Under the pieces are notes generated by a model. The model made no database searches, had not been told where the DNA came from, and was given only the letters and a program-made list of their open reading frames with translations. A program made the translations under genes and the position numbers. Of a stretch of 64,000 nucleotides of DNA, positions 51,800 through 61,745 are shown one piece after another (within the stretch, counting starts at the first letter, position 1; the number at the start of each line of letters is the position of its first letter). The stretch is from Minisyncoccota bacterium (lineage in GTDB: Bacteria > Patescibacteriota > Minisyncoccia > Phycocordibacterales > UBA9973), in assembly GCA_017991395.1 (NCBI GenBank), contig JAGOQQ010000001.1, positions 97,864 through 161,863 of the forward strand, read 5' to 3'.

Positions 51800-52153
51800 C
51801 TATGTGCTGGGCTTTTGATTTCTCTTATTTTTCCTAATTTCTTTTAATTTTTCAATTAATACATCCTTTCGCTTTTCTAACTCCGATGCATCCTTGATTT
51901 TGTCCGAATATGACCTAAAATCATCGTCACGTGGCGGGGAAGTGCTGTTTTCATTAAGCTGTTCATTTAAGTACAGCAATTCTTTTTCCAAGACAAAAAG
52001 CCTTTTTTTAAGTATTTCCTCTCTGGTTGCGTCCGGTTTATAAAAGCGGATCGAGTACCAGTCTGGGAACAACGCATCCAATGCATATTTTCCGAAATCA
52101 GCCTGAAACAGGGGATTTCGAAGCTTGTTTTGCTTACTTCGGTGTCTCCCCAT
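51800..52153 (-). CDS. hypothetical coiled-coil protein (117 aa)
   Basis: ORF, charged or coiled-coil. Confidence 0.35.
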   Translation of the reverse strand: MGRHRSKQNKLRNPLFQADFGKYALDALFPDWYSIRFYKPDATREEILKKRLFVLEKELLYLNEQLNENSTSPPRDDDFRSYSDKIKDASELEKRKDVLIEKLKEIRKNKRNQKPST

Positions 52154-52258
52154 ATATTTGTGGTTTTTTCTTTATTTAAACATACCCGAGTGTAAATGCC
52201 AAGATTTCAGGAGGGATTCGGTCACTCTCATGGGTCTAATTTCATAAGTGGACTTTTG

Positions 52259-52330
52259 TGCATCCGGAGGGATTCGAACCCCCAATAACGGTTCCGAAGA
52301 CCGACGTGATATCCATTTCACCACGGATGC
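52259..52330 (-). tRNA. tRNA-Arg (anticodon UCG)
   Basis: Reverse complement gcatccg...ttcgaatc...cggatgca; anticodon loop cttcgga; T-arm gggggttcgaatccctc. Confidence 0.75.
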
Positions 52331-52443
52331 ATTGATCGAACGGCATTCAAATTGAATGACCCCATAACTATACACTGTAATTGAAAAATAGCAAATATCC
52401 TTTGTTTACAACATATCGAACCACTGTGTTATACTAATCTAGT

Positions 52444-53103
52444 ATGCGACGAGACAAACAAAAAGCCATAGACCTAAGGAAAGAAGGGAGGTCATACAGA
52501 GATATTGCAAAGGAGCTCAAGGTATCAAAAGGCACTCTTTCGGCATGGTTCAAAGGTCAGGAGTGGTCTGACCAAATCTCGAAATCAAACATTGAAAAGG
52601 AGTATTCTCGGGCGCCCGAAAAAATGAAGCGGATCAATATGATGCGCAGGGTCAAATTTGCTTTCACCTATGGCGTGGCCGAAGAGGAGGCGGTGCGGGA
52701 GTTTGAAGTGTACAAAAACGAGCCGTTGTTTAATGCTGGACTAATGCTTTATGTCGGAGAAGGTGAGAAAGCGAGCAAGCCCGCACTTCGCATTGCAAAT
52801 ACTGATTTTGAAGTTCATAAGGTGTTTATTCAATTTTTAACAAGGTATTTTGGCATTGGTCGGGCAAGAGTCAGGATTTTTCTTCACCTCTACCCAGATT
52901 TAGATGAAAAAATCTGTATCGACAAATGGGCAAAAGAGCTAAACCTAAATCAATCTCAATTTTACAAAACACAAAGAATTCAAGGTAAAGATATGAAAAG
53001 GAAATTGCAATTTGGGGTCGGAACTACTATAATATCGAGTACAGCACTTAAAAGAAAGTTGTTTGTCTGGATAAAGCTAGCTTTTGAGATGTATAGAAAA
53101 TAA
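52444..53103 (+). CDS. HTH-domain protein with degenerate LAGLIDADG-like motif (possible inactive homing-endonuclease-like DNA-binding protein)
   Basis: N-terminal resolvase/transposase-type HTH AIDLRKEGRSYRDIAKELKVSKGTLSAWF; NAGLMLYVGEGEKAS resembles LAGLIDADG/FFDGEG but the acidic residue is replaced. Confidence 0.35.
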   Translation: MRRDKQKAIDLRKEGRSYRDIAKELKVSKGTLSAWFKGQEWSDQISKSNIEKEYSRAPEKMKRINMMRRVKFAFTYGVAEEEAVREFEVYKNEPLFNAGLMLYVGEGEKASKPALRIANTDFEVHKVFIQFLTRYFGIGRARVRIFLHLYPDLDEKICIDKWAKELNLNQSQFYKTQRIQGKDMKRKLQFGVGTTIISSTALKRKLFVWIKLAFEMYRK

Positions 53104-53110
53104 CGATAAC

Positions 53111-53184
53111 GCGGTTATGGTTTAATGGTAGAATACCCCCTTGCCAAGGGGGAGATTCGGGTTCGATTCCCGGTAGCCGCACCA
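53111..53184 (+). tRNA. tRNA-Gly (anticodon GCC) with genomically encoded 3' CCA
   Basis: gcggtta...ccccc-ttgccaa-ggggg...gggttcgattcccgg...tagccgc a cca. Confidence 0.85.
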
Positions 53185-53196
53185 TCATTCAAACGA

Positions 53197-54711
53197 ATGA
53201 CCACTCTCGATCACAACAAAATACCAGAGTATGTCAAAAACGCACTAGAAACACTTCGAAATGCGGGTTTTGAATGTTTCATAGTCGGAGGATGTGTTCG
53301 TGATTTGATACTCGGACGAGAACCAAAAGACTGGGATATCACTACAAACGCGACACCTGAGGAAATAATCGCCCTTTTTCCAAAAACAGTGTATGAGAAC
53401 AGTTTTGGAACAGTGGCAGTGGTGTTCGAAGATGAAAGCTCAAAGCTGAAAGTTGAAAGAGTAGGAGAAAAAGCAGAGAGTTTCATCATTGAAATCACTC
53501 CTTACCGCACAGAATCAGGATATTCAGACAATCGCCATCCAGACAAGATAGAATTTGCCAAAACATTGAGTGAAGACCTTAAAAGACGTGACTTCACAAT
53601 GAATGCACTCGCCTATGACCTTTATAAAGGACATCTAGTGGATGAATGGGAAGGGTTGTCCGACATAAAGGACAAGGTCATCCGCACTGTGGGCGATGCA
53701 GGGGAAAGATTCAAAGAAGACGCACTTCGAATGGCGCGAGCGGTGAGGTTTTCCACACAACTTGGTTTTGCGATTGATGGAAGTGTTCTTTCATCGATTT
53801 CAGAAAATAAAGATTTGATCAAAAATATTTCAGCTGAGCGAATTCGTGATGAGTTTGAAAAAATCATAATGTCAGATCAGCCGGTCGTGGGAATTGGACT
53901 GCTCCAAAAACTCGGACTTCTCACACACATTATTCCAGAGCTTGAAGAAGGGGTAGGGTGTGAACAAAAAGGAGAACACATCTATGATGTATTCGAACAC
54001 GTACTTCACGCACTTGGTCATGCAAGTGAAAAGAAGTGGCCACTTCATATCAGACTCTCAGCATTGTTTCATGATATCGGAAAGCCGAGAACTCGCAGAT
54101 GGGACGGAACAAAAGCGGGCGGAGCAGGGAAATACACTTTCTATGGTCATGAAGTTGTCGGTGCTCATATGACAAAAAAGATAATGGATCGAATGAAATT
54201 TCCAAAGGATATCACCGAGATTGTCGTAAAATTTGTCCGCTATCATATGTTTTTCTCTGACACAAAAACAATCACACTTTCTGCAGTTCGTCGGACGATT
54301 GTAAATATTGGTCGAGAACACATCTGGGAGCTTATGGAAGTCCGTGAATGCGACAGGGTAGGGATGAAGAAAAATGAAACTTCATATAGACTTCGCAAAT
54401 ATCATGCAATGATCGAAGAAGCACTTCGCGCACCAACATCTGTAGGAATGCTCAAAATAAATGGGGAAGTGCTCATCAAAGAACTCGGAATCAAACCGGG
54501 ACCAAGAATGGGTTGGATTCTCCACGCACTACTTGATGAATGTTTGGAAGACGACACAAAAAACAATTCCGACTATCTGAAATCTCAAACACTAAAACTT
54601 AATTCACTTTCTGACAGCGAACTCAAAGAACTCGGCGAAAAAGGGAAGGATAGAAAAGAGGAAGTTGAGGAAGGGGAGCTCAAAGGTATTCGAAAAAAAC
54701 ACGGGGTGTAA
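53197..54711 (+). CDS. cca: CCA-adding tRNA nucleotidyltransferase with HD domain
   Basis: GGCVRDLILGREPKDWD nucleotidyltransferase motif; HD motif LFHDIGKP. Start moved to MTTLDHNK so that it does not overlap the tRNA. Confidence 0.88.
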   Translation: MTTLDHNKIPEYVKNALETLRNAGFECFIVGGCVRDLILGREPKDWDITTNATPEEIIALFPKTVYENSFGTVAVVFEDESSKLKVERVGEKAESFIIEITPYRTESGYSDNRHPDKIEFAKTLSEDLKRRDFTMNALAYDLYKGHLVDEWEGLSDIKDKVIRTVGDAGERFKEDALRMARAVRFSTQLGFAIDGSVLSSISENKDLIKNISAERIRDEFEKIIMSDQPVVGIGLLQKLGLLTHIIPELEEGVGCEQKGEHIYDVFEHVLHALGHASEKKWPLHIRLSALFHDIGKPRTRRWDGTKAGGAGKYTFYGHEVVGAHMTKKIMDRMKFPKDITEIVVKFVRYHMFFSDTKTITLSAVRRTIVNIGREHIWELMEVRECDRVGMKKNETSYRLRKYHAMIEEALRAPTSVGMLKINGEVLIKELGIKPGPRMGWILHALLDECLEDDTKNNSDYLKSQTLKLNSLSDSELKELGEKGKDRKEEVEEGELKGIRKKHGV

Positions 54712-54739
54712 AAAAAGTCGTCACATTCGTGACGACTTT
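54712..54739. terminator. bidirectional terminator
   Basis: aaaagtcgtcacattcgtgacgactttt. Confidence 0.65.
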
Positions 54740-54743
54740 TGTC

Positions 54744-55550
54744 TTACTTAAATAACTCATTCACTTTTCTTGGGGTGAACTTCCTGTCTTGATAATATCC
54801 TTCACGAAATGTGGGATTAAAATGGAATAAATCTGTTTCATAAAATCCACACTCATCATTCATTAGAAGTTCAAAAGTTTTATCTGCAACTTCGTATGCA
54901 CTTAGCCAGTACTTAGGATCAGCATCTGTCTTACAAAAAACAAATGGTCGAGTCACGATTTCGTGCGCACAAAGAACTGAGCTTATATTGAGTATGTGCA
55001 TTGAAATATTTTTAGCACTAGATTTCATGAAATCCTTCGTTTTAATTATAGTTCGCCACCATGACTCATGTACAATTGGTTGATGAATATCTGCTATCCC
55101 GCCAAAAATTAAAGCTTTAAAATTAACCGTGGTATCTTTTTTAGTAAAAGCCAGAGCATTAACCATTCCAGTAAAATATTCATAGGTGAGCTGATTTACT
55201 CTATCATCAATACCATCACCATCATTATCATTCTCCACATAATGTTTACCATCAAAATTAACTTCAAATGGGTATAAACCTACTGCGTGAATATAACTCA
55301 CGCTACCAAATTTTGAATAATCGACAAGCGTAGCAAATGATTCATAACTTTTCCTTTCAAGTGTGCCAATTGATCCGATTAAGGTTGAGTCAAAAAGTTT
55401 TCCAGACAATGTGTCCACAAATTGATTCATTGAGACAGCCTGGCGACTTATACCATAAACTATTGTATTTTCTTCTCTGCCAAACTTTGCGAGCAGTGCA
55501 TTACCGATTGCTCCAGTAACCCCTGAGATAATTATAAGATTTTTTTTCAT
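54744..55550 (-). CDS. atypical SDR / NAD(P)-binding Rossmann-fold protein (paralog 1)
   Basis: N-terminal MKKNLIIISGVTGAIGNALLAKF (TGxxGxIG); no canonical YxxxK. Confidence 0.55.
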   Translation of the reverse strand: MKKNLIIISGVTGAIGNALLAKFGREENTIVYGISRQAVSMNQFVDTLSGKLFDSTLIGSIGTLERKSYESFATLVDYSKFGSVSYIHAVGLYPFEVNFDGKHYVENDNDGDGIDDRVNQLTYEYFTGMVNALAFTKKDTTVNFKALIFGGIADIHQPIVHESWWRTIIKTKDFMKSSAKNISMHILNISSVLCAHEIVTRPFVFCKTDADPKYWLSAYEVADKTFELLMNDECGFYETDLFHFNPTFREGYYQDRKFTPRKVNELFK

Positions 55551-55755
55551 GTTTTTTAAATTTATTGGTTCGGCCGAGACCAACAAATACAATCGCAAGA
55601 ATAATACCTTATAGAACAATTACTTCAATTGTTTTCATATACTTATTTTTTACAGTTTTCAAAGAGCAATTTCTACGAATTCTCGAATGTGTATTCAAGA
55701 ACTTGATAGAAAGGGCGAGAAATCTCGCCCTCTTTTACTCATAATTTATCAACGC

Positions 55756-56562
55756 TTAAACAACTTTATTGTATAGTTCCTTAACCCTTCGTACGCAGGT
55801 TACGTTGTTACAGAAATAATCACTACTAAAGTGTGGGTTGGGAAGATACATGTCTTCCTCAACAAAACCCTTTTCAAGCTCCATGAATCCTACCGTTTTT
55901 TGAACCAATTCGTGCGGTGTTATCCAGTACAAAGGATTCACGGGTGTAGAAAAGATGAAGGGTCTTTCGAGCATTTCGTCTGCCGCCATCATCGTACTTG
56001 TGTTAAACAAGTAAAAGTTTGCAAGTGGGCATTTTTCTTTACAATCTTTCGAGAAATTTCTTACAAGTTCTCTAGACCTTCTAAAAGAACTGAAACATTC
56101 AATATTATGCTGGTCAGCAAGTGAGCCAAATGAAATTATATTAATTTCACAGTGAGATTTTTCTGATATTTCCAACAATGAGGTAACCATCTCTTTATAA
56201 GCATTAGCAACAAGAGAATACACGGAGTCATCGATACCGTCATTATTTACATCATTTTCAATACTAACCTTTAAATCCTTGGTTATTTCTGTCTTAAATT
56301 CTCCGACGAGGTGAAAATACGTAATGCTCTCATACTCATTTTGTGGAATCTTGCCTGCGAACTCTTTTATGGATAAATTATCATGCAAGTTTACGTTCAC
56401 TATCAAATGATGGCTGGGGAGAACAGTGAACTCACTAACAGGGATTCCCTTTCGAGAAATACCGTAGATAAGCGTATTCTGTTCTACCATATACTTTCTC
56501 AACACCTCTTGACCTATTGATCCGGTGACACCAGATATAATTACTAATTTATTTTTTTTCAT
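55756..56562 (-). CDS. atypical SDR / NAD(P)-binding Rossmann-fold protein (paralog 2)
   Basis: MKKNKLVIISGVTGSIGQEVLRKY; collinear similarity with 54744..55550 (DGIDD, PLYW/PKYW, EL+ motifs). Confidence 0.55.
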   Translation of the reverse strand: MKKNKLVIISGVTGSIGQEVLRKYMVEQNTLIYGISRKGIPVSEFTVLPSHHLIVNVNLHDNLSIKEFAGKIPQNEYESITYFHLVGEFKTEITKDLKVSIENDVNNDGIDDSVYSLVANAYKEMVTSLLEISEKSHCEINIISFGSLADQHNIECFSSFRRSRELVRNFSKDCKEKCPLANFYLFNTSTMMAADEMLERPFIFSTPVNPLYWITPHELVQKTVGFMELEKGFVEEDMYLPNPHFSSDYFCNNVTCVRRVKELYNKVV

Positions 56563-56691
56563 ATATTTTTTAATTTAATTCATTTTCAAAACTCAATCGA
56601 AATTAAGTCCTGAAAAATGTGGACGATTTTACTATAGGCTCGTCCGTTTTCCTTGGAATTTGGTAAATCCCTTATACTTTTTTACCCTTGA

Positions 56692-57000
56692 CTAACTAAG
56701 CGCTTGTTGAAATTGCTCTTCTGAATACGGAAACTGAAGATATCTTTCTCCCTCTATCTTTCTGTCTTCCATAAAACCAAGACGAGTAAATTTTGTACTA
56801 TTTAACATTGATCTCTTAACGTCTTCAAGGAGAGCAAGATTCTCTTCTTCGTCACAATACTCAACAAAAGCAAGTATCACATCTGGTTCTTCAGCAACCA
56901 GGGTCATGAGTGCGCTTTTTAAATCACACACTACGCACTCATGACCTGTAACTTCGAAAGGATGATTTGCACTGCGGTAATTAATAACCATAATTTTCAT
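56692..57000 (-). CDS. small receiver-like (pseudo-receiver) domain protein (102 aa)
   Basis: KIMVIN...PDVILAFVEY...YLQFPYSEEQFQQAL resembles the beta1/beta3/beta5-alpha5 topology of CheY-like domains but lacks the phospho-Asp. Confidence 0.35.
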   Translation of the reverse strand: MKIMVINYRSANHPFEVTGHECVVCDLKSALMTLVAEEPDVILAFVEYCDEEENLALLEDVKRSMLNSTKFTRLGFMEDRKIEGERYLQFPYSEEQFQQALS

Positions 57001-57012
57001 AATCTTAGTGTT

Positions 57013-57432
57013 TTAGAGGGTTAGAAGTTTTTTAAGAACAATTTCCCAGTCTTTGTTATCTTCAGAAAACGGAATCGAAGAGAAAGAGTAAGACTGATGA
57101 GACATTAATACTCGAATAGGAATTTTCAAATATTCACTATAATGATGATTAACATTACTGCACACACCAACCCGCACCCCAGATTCTACACAGAGGGCAA
57201 CCATGGCAAGACCATTTGGCTTATCACTACTAATTTTGTTAAACCTATGACTAGAAGGATAGTGAAGATCAGTAACAACACCGAATAAATTAGATTTAAG
57301 CTGACTGAAAATACGAGTAGCATCTTCTAGGTTTTCTGCGACTACTGGTGAACATCCTGATGCAGTAACTGCATCTTTTGCTTTCTGTTGCTCCTCTTTG
57401 AGGTCCTCAACGATAAGAATTATTTTTTTCAT
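57013..57432 (-). CDS. receiver-like domain protein (139 aa)
   Basis: KIILIVEDL...FGVVTDLHYP...GLAMVALC pattern of REC domains. Confidence 0.4.
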   Translation of the reverse strand: MKKIILIVEDLKEEQQKAKDAVTASGCSPVVAENLEDATRIFSQLKSNLFGVVTDLHYPSSHRFNKISSDKPNGLAMVALCVESGVRVGVCSNVNHHYSEYLKIPIRVLMSHQSYSFSSIPFSEDNKDWEIVLKKLLTL

Positions 57433-57577
57433 AGTTATTTGATTTAAGTTTGAAAGAACAATTTAGCTTCATTAATATTAAAACATATATTTTATAACTT
57501 GTCCAAATATATGCTTATTTAGTATTAAAAGTAAACAGCTTATTTACTTTTAATTGACTTTATGCTAATATTATTTT

Positions 57578-58420
57578 GTGATTTACAGCCCAAAAACAAT
57601 AGAGGAACACATTCTTAGCCAGCTTCAAGTTGGGGCTTTGGGTACTGTGCAATTATTGGCAAAAATAGTAGAAGTTCGAGCTGGTACGACCAAACAAGCT
57701 TTCTATCAAGCCCTAAGAAAGCTAAAAGAGGAAGAAGTTGTTATTGTTAGAAGTAAAAGAGTTTCCCTTTCACACCTTTGGATTAAAAAAATGTCTGAAT
57801 ATTTTTCAAGTGTACAATCTAGCTACCTCGACATAAAACAAAATGGTGAAGAATACCTAAATATAGAAGATGGCGAAAAGATTTCTTATACTTTCAAAAC
57901 ATACAACCATGCAGATATTTTTTGGGGGCACGCCTTTGGCGTATTATCCAAAACAATGAATCTTAAAAAACCTATTTGTATTTACAACCCACACGAGTGG
58001 TTTATGATTGCAAGGCGAGACAGTGAAAAAGCATTGTTTGATGACATCACAAAAGGAGGAATAAATCTTTTTGTTTTAGTTGGAAACAGTGATCCATTAG
58101 ATCAATTAATAAAACTCGAATTCGATGGGAAGTTCGCACAATATCACACACTCAAAAAGGGACTATTTCAAAAAGAAAACTATTATGTGAATATATTTGG
58201 GGAATACCTGATTGAAGCGCAATTTGATGAAAACATTTCTAAGGATATCGATACAATTTATAAAAAAAATAAAGGAGAAAAGATATCAGACGAAACAATA
58301 AATGAATTAAGGTTGCTCATTTCCAAAAAAGGGAAGAATAAGATTACTATATCCAAAAACAAAAGAAAATCCGACAAACTTCGAGCAATTTTCAAGAAAT
58401 ACTTTTTTGAAAACAAGTAA
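57578..58420 (+). CDS. winged-helix DNA-binding-like hypothetical protein (280 aa)
   Basis: N-terminal LGTVQLLAKIVEVRAGTTKQAFYQALRKLKEEEVVI. Confidence 0.4.
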   Translation: MIYSPKTIEEHILSQLQVGALGTVQLLAKIVEVRAGTTKQAFYQALRKLKEEEVVIVRSKRVSLSHLWIKKMSEYFSSVQSSYLDIKQNGEEYLNIEDGEKISYTFKTYNHADIFWGHAFGVLSKTMNLKKPICIYNPHEWFMIARRDSEKALFDDITKGGINLFVLVGNSDPLDQLIKLEFDGKFAQYHTLKKGLFQKENYYVNIFGEYLIEAQFDENISKDIDTIYKKNKGEKISDETINELRLLISKKGKNKITISKNKRKSDKLRAIFKKYFFENK

Positions 58421-58538
58421 AACTCCTAGTTGCATTAACAGATACTAAAAACTCTAAATTAAAAAAAGCGACCTTGTGGGTCGCTTTTTGATTTATTTAA
58501 TTTTCGCTTCTTAACTTTTTTTCTACCTTCTCGGATTT

Positions 58539-58817
58539 TTACCTTTTGCTTTTTTTAGGAGACTTCATAACTTTTTGATTCAAAACATCTCTTTGCCATA
58601 TACGCTGAAACTCCTCAATCTCCTTCCATTGTGCGTTATTAATATTCTTGAGCAAAGAATTAATCTCCCGAATCAATCTTTGGCATACTTCTTCGCGATT
58701 CTCCCAACCAATAAGTCGAGCGTTCGATTTTCGCATAAGTATTTGAAACTCCATGATATCCTGCTTTTGCCTTTCTAAGGCTTTACGCTTTAGTTCACTG
58801 TCGTTTTCCTTATCCAT
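58539..58817 (-). CDS. hypothetical basic coiled-coil protein (92 aa)
   Basis: ORF. Confidence 0.3.
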   Translation of the reverse strand: MDKENDSELKRKALERQKQDIMEFQILMRKSNARLIGWENREEVCQRLIREINSLLKNINNAQWKEIEEFQRIWQRDVLNQKVMKSPKKSKR

Positions 58818-58945
58818 GATGACTATTTTTTAAGTTTTTCCAAGTATATACTTTATGCAAAAAATCGCAAATAAAAAGGACTTTGCGAATGTGTAGGGAT
58901 TTTTCTCGATTGCGCAAAATTTTTTAAATATGTGATAATCGTAAT

Positions 58946-59731
58946 ATGTGTAGAAAAAATATTTACTTACTTCTCATACTAATCGCAGGTGCACTATATT
59001 TTTCGTTCAGATTGCTCAGTAGTGAACCGAAATTACCGCAGATACCTCAGTTGACCGAAAAAACCACTTCGTCTGTTTTAGAAATTCAAAATGATGTCAT
59101 ATTTGATAGATTGATTGGCGAATTAAATGCTGTTGAAATAGATGCATCAAAGTTTAGTGAGTTAGTTTCAAAATCAAATGAATCACAATTTTTTAATTCG
59201 ATGCTTGATTTTGACCACGACACAAGAACACAAAAAGAGTCGGAGTATATAACACTTTTTGGAAACAACATGGTTTCCCGGCAAGGCGATTGTTTAAAAT
59301 TGCAAAATTCCAAATCGCACACTCTAATGTGCAATGTCATAAGTAAAGATGCTAAAGAAAATATTAATTTCTTTTTTGCGGGCAAATCTGATAAATATTT
59401 TATAATCTTGAAAGAAGAGTACGAGGACAATTCATATGTTCTTGTAGACATTGAAACATTAAAGAATGAAAATTACTATTTCACTTCAATTGCATTTTCC
59501 GATGATGAAAATCGTGCGCTTACAGTGGCTCGAGATCCTTATGACTCAGTATTCATTTATTCCGTCATCAATTTTACTAATCCATCTGCAAATATCCGTA
59601 CAAACTGGATACAAAACTGGGAAATTGAGAATGTGTACTGGAATAAATCCGAACTTGTTTTCAGTGCGAAAAATACAGACCTTACTCAATCTTCAGGTCA
59701 TACAAATGAAAGATATGGTTTCGTAAAATAA
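58946..59731 (+). CDS. membrane-anchored hypothetical protein (261 aa)
   Basis: N-terminal TM IYLLLILIAGALYFSF. Confidence 0.45.
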   Translation: MCRKNIYLLLILIAGALYFSFRLLSSEPKLPQIPQLTEKTTSSVLEIQNDVIFDRLIGELNAVEIDASKFSELVSKSNESQFFNSMLDFDHDTRTQKESEYITLFGNNMVSRQGDCLKLQNSKSHTLMCNVISKDAKENINFFFAGKSDKYFIILKEEYEDNSYVLVDIETLKNENYYFTSIAFSDDENRALTVARDPYDSVFIYSVINFTNPSANIRTNWIQNWEIENVYWNKSELVFSAKNTDLTQSSGHTNERYGFVK

Positions 59732-59762
59732 AAAAATCCCCTGCACAACGGCAGGGGATAAT
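59731..59762. terminator. bidirectional terminator
   Basis: atcccctgcacaacggcaggggat. Confidence 0.65.
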
Positions 59763-59779
59763 AATTCACGAGAACAATA

Positions 59780-60208
59780 CTAAGGAAGTTTTTTTATTTC
59801 TATTTGTACGGGCACGTTTTGCGGGCCGTCACAAATATTAATAAAGTATTCCTTTTGTCCGGTTACTTCACTTACTGTCCACTGACAGATAAATGATTTT
59901 CCGTCGATCAATCCAATCATTTGGGAAATGGTCCCGTCATGCAACAAAGCAGTTGAAACAACAATTCCATTTCCTTCAAATCTGATGTAATCACCGGTGA
60001 CCAGATTTCCTTGCATCAGTGTTCCGACATACGCAGATTGAATTTCGTACAAAGTATCAATCGGTGTTCCAACTGAAAACTTCATACTGAACTTTTTTAC
60101 TTCAGCCTGAACTACAGGAACTGTACTCTTTTGTGCCACAGTGGCGATTTCATCTTTTTGGCAAGATGCCAAGATAGTCATGCTGAACAGGGCAATAATG
60201 ATTGTTTT
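59780..60208 (-). CDS. putative lipoprotein
   Basis: MKTIIIALFSMTILASC lipobox. Confidence 0.5.
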   Translation of the reverse strand, partial: KTIIIALFSMTILASCQKDEIATVAQKSTVPVVQAEVKKFSMKFSVGTPIDTLYEIQSAYVGTLMQGNLVTGDYIRFEGNGIVVSTALLHDGTISQMIGLIDGKSFICQWTVSEVTGQKEYFINICDGPQNVPVQIEIKKLP

Positions 60209-60334
60209 CATGAGGTTCTTATTTTTATATATTATATCATAATAATATCTATTTGTCAATATTTAGCAATCTACTACAATCTTATTTTTTAAGCTAAAAA
60301 CCATTCCTGAGTGAATTCGGACAAAATTTGAAAT

Positions 60335-60361
60335 AAAAAAAACCCGGCCTTTCAGCCGGGT
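60335..60361 (-). terminator. rho-independent terminator
   Basis: cccggcctttcagccggg plus T-run on the minus strand. Confidence 0.6.
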
Positions 60362-60379
60362 CAAATTTAAGTCAATCAT

Positions 60380-60901
60380 TTAATTTTTTTTTGCTGCCAG
60401 AAAGTATTCGGACAGGGCATACGTGAATCCGCTACATTTCACATCAACATCAATATATCTTTGAAACGTCAGTTGTCCGTACATTTTCTTGAATGCCCGG
60501 GCGACCACAAGTGCCTGATCAGCACACCTGACCTCTGCATCAGCTCCGGCAACATACGGCCGAACATCTTTACTCAATGCTCCTCGACGGTCAAAGTAAA
60601 AATGTGCTTCACTTGAATCACACTCTACCAACGCGACATGGTACGATAGGCGCACCGTGTCATTGAAACACTCCATGGTCAACTTAAGTGAGGCGGAATC
60701 AATTTTCATCGGATACTCTGCCTTTAAATGGTCTCCTACAGTGGTTGCAAAATCATTTGCAATTTTGTGGAGCCTGTCTCCGACATTGTCAGGGTAGGCC
60801 GCAGACCTGCTCACGGTAATCTTTTTTTGACCGTAAGACGGCGAAGCGATCAGTGCGACACCGATCGAGAGAAGAATGAGGATTTTTTTCATTTTTTTCA
60901 T
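60380..60901 (-). CDS. secreted hypothetical protein (173 aa)
   Basis: Signal peptide MKKMKKILILLSIGVALIASPSYG. Confidence 0.45.
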   Translation of the reverse strand: MKKMKKILILLSIGVALIASPSYGQKKITVSRSAAYPDNVGDRLHKIANDFATTVGDHLKAEYPMKIDSASLKLTMECFNDTVRLSYHVALVECDSSEAHFYFDRRGALSKDVRPYVAGADAEVRCADQALVVARAFKKMYGQLTFQRYIDVDVKCSGFTYALSEYFLAAKKN

Positions 60902-61005
60902 ATGTGCTTATGTTTGTATTGTTTGCCATATAATATAATGAAATACATACTTTGTCAAGCAGGCGTTGTGGGCAAATAAAAAACCCCGCAAAAAGCGGGG
61001 AACTC

Positions 61006-61653
61006 TTAGCACAAGGCAAATGATTTGAAAATCTTTCGTATATCTTTTTTCCCTGGATAATGAGCAATAAGTGCATAAGACTTGTTGCCAACTGACTCAG
61101 GGATTTCTTGATGAATTCTTTCCACCGCATATCGCAGAGATACTTTTGAATATAAACCAGCGTTATTTTTATCATCATTCAAAAATTTCACAAGTGTCCC
61201 GAGTGTAACCACAACAGGGTAGCCGGAGTCTTCTTCAAAAAGGCTTTCCCTTATTTGATCACCAAACTCCTCAATCGTGGACACATCAATCTTTGCGATG
61301 AAAAAATGCTTCTTCATGGTCTGACCTTTTCGTTCAAACTCGTAATCAAAATATTTGTAAAGATTATTCCGATCGAGGTGTATTCCTGTTTCCTCTTCAA
61401 CTTCTCGCACTGCTGTATCATATGAGGTCTCGTCTTTTGTATGAACCTCTGAAACAATCTTCATCAATGCTGGATCAACATGTCGGTGCGGGAGCACCAC
61501 AAAGACCAATTCATCACCAATCAAACTCCACATCAATACCGTAGAAGTGTGTCGCCTTTCATCGCCACCACCTCCCGGAAATTTCACCGAAGAGAATCCT
61601 TTCTCCACAAGCGCACTTTTGAGCACCTCTTTGCTTGTATACATTGTGTACAA
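61006..61653 (-). CDS. NUDIX hydrolase
   Basis: Nudix box SYDTAVREVEEETGI. Confidence 0.8.
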   Translation of the reverse strand: MYTMYTSKEVLKSALVEKGFSSVKFPGGGGDERRHTSTVLMWSLIGDELVFVVLPHRHVDPALMKIVSEVHTKDETSYDTAVREVEEETGIHLDRNNLYKYFDYEFERKGQTMKKHFFIAKIDVSTIEEFGDQIRESLFEEDSGYPVVVTLGTLVKFLNDDKNNAGLYSKVSLRYAVERIHQEIPESVGNKSYALIAHYPGKKDIRKIFKSFALC

Positions 61654-61745
61654 TTTTAGTTACATTTGTTTTCTTCAATATACAGTGTTTATAGTTTATG
61701 TCAAGTAATCTTCTGATTCTTTGAAAGTTCCTTTATACTATATAT

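Noticed and set aside
52172-52375. 67-aa ORF on the minus strand
   Set aside because: Overlaps tRNA-Arg (52259..52330); explained by the tRNA.
53125-53196. Upstream extension of the cca ORF (MVEYPLAKGEIRVRFPVAAPSFKR…)
   Set aside because: This segment is the tRNA-Gly(GCC) gene read in frame; the true start is taken as MTTLDHNK at 53197.
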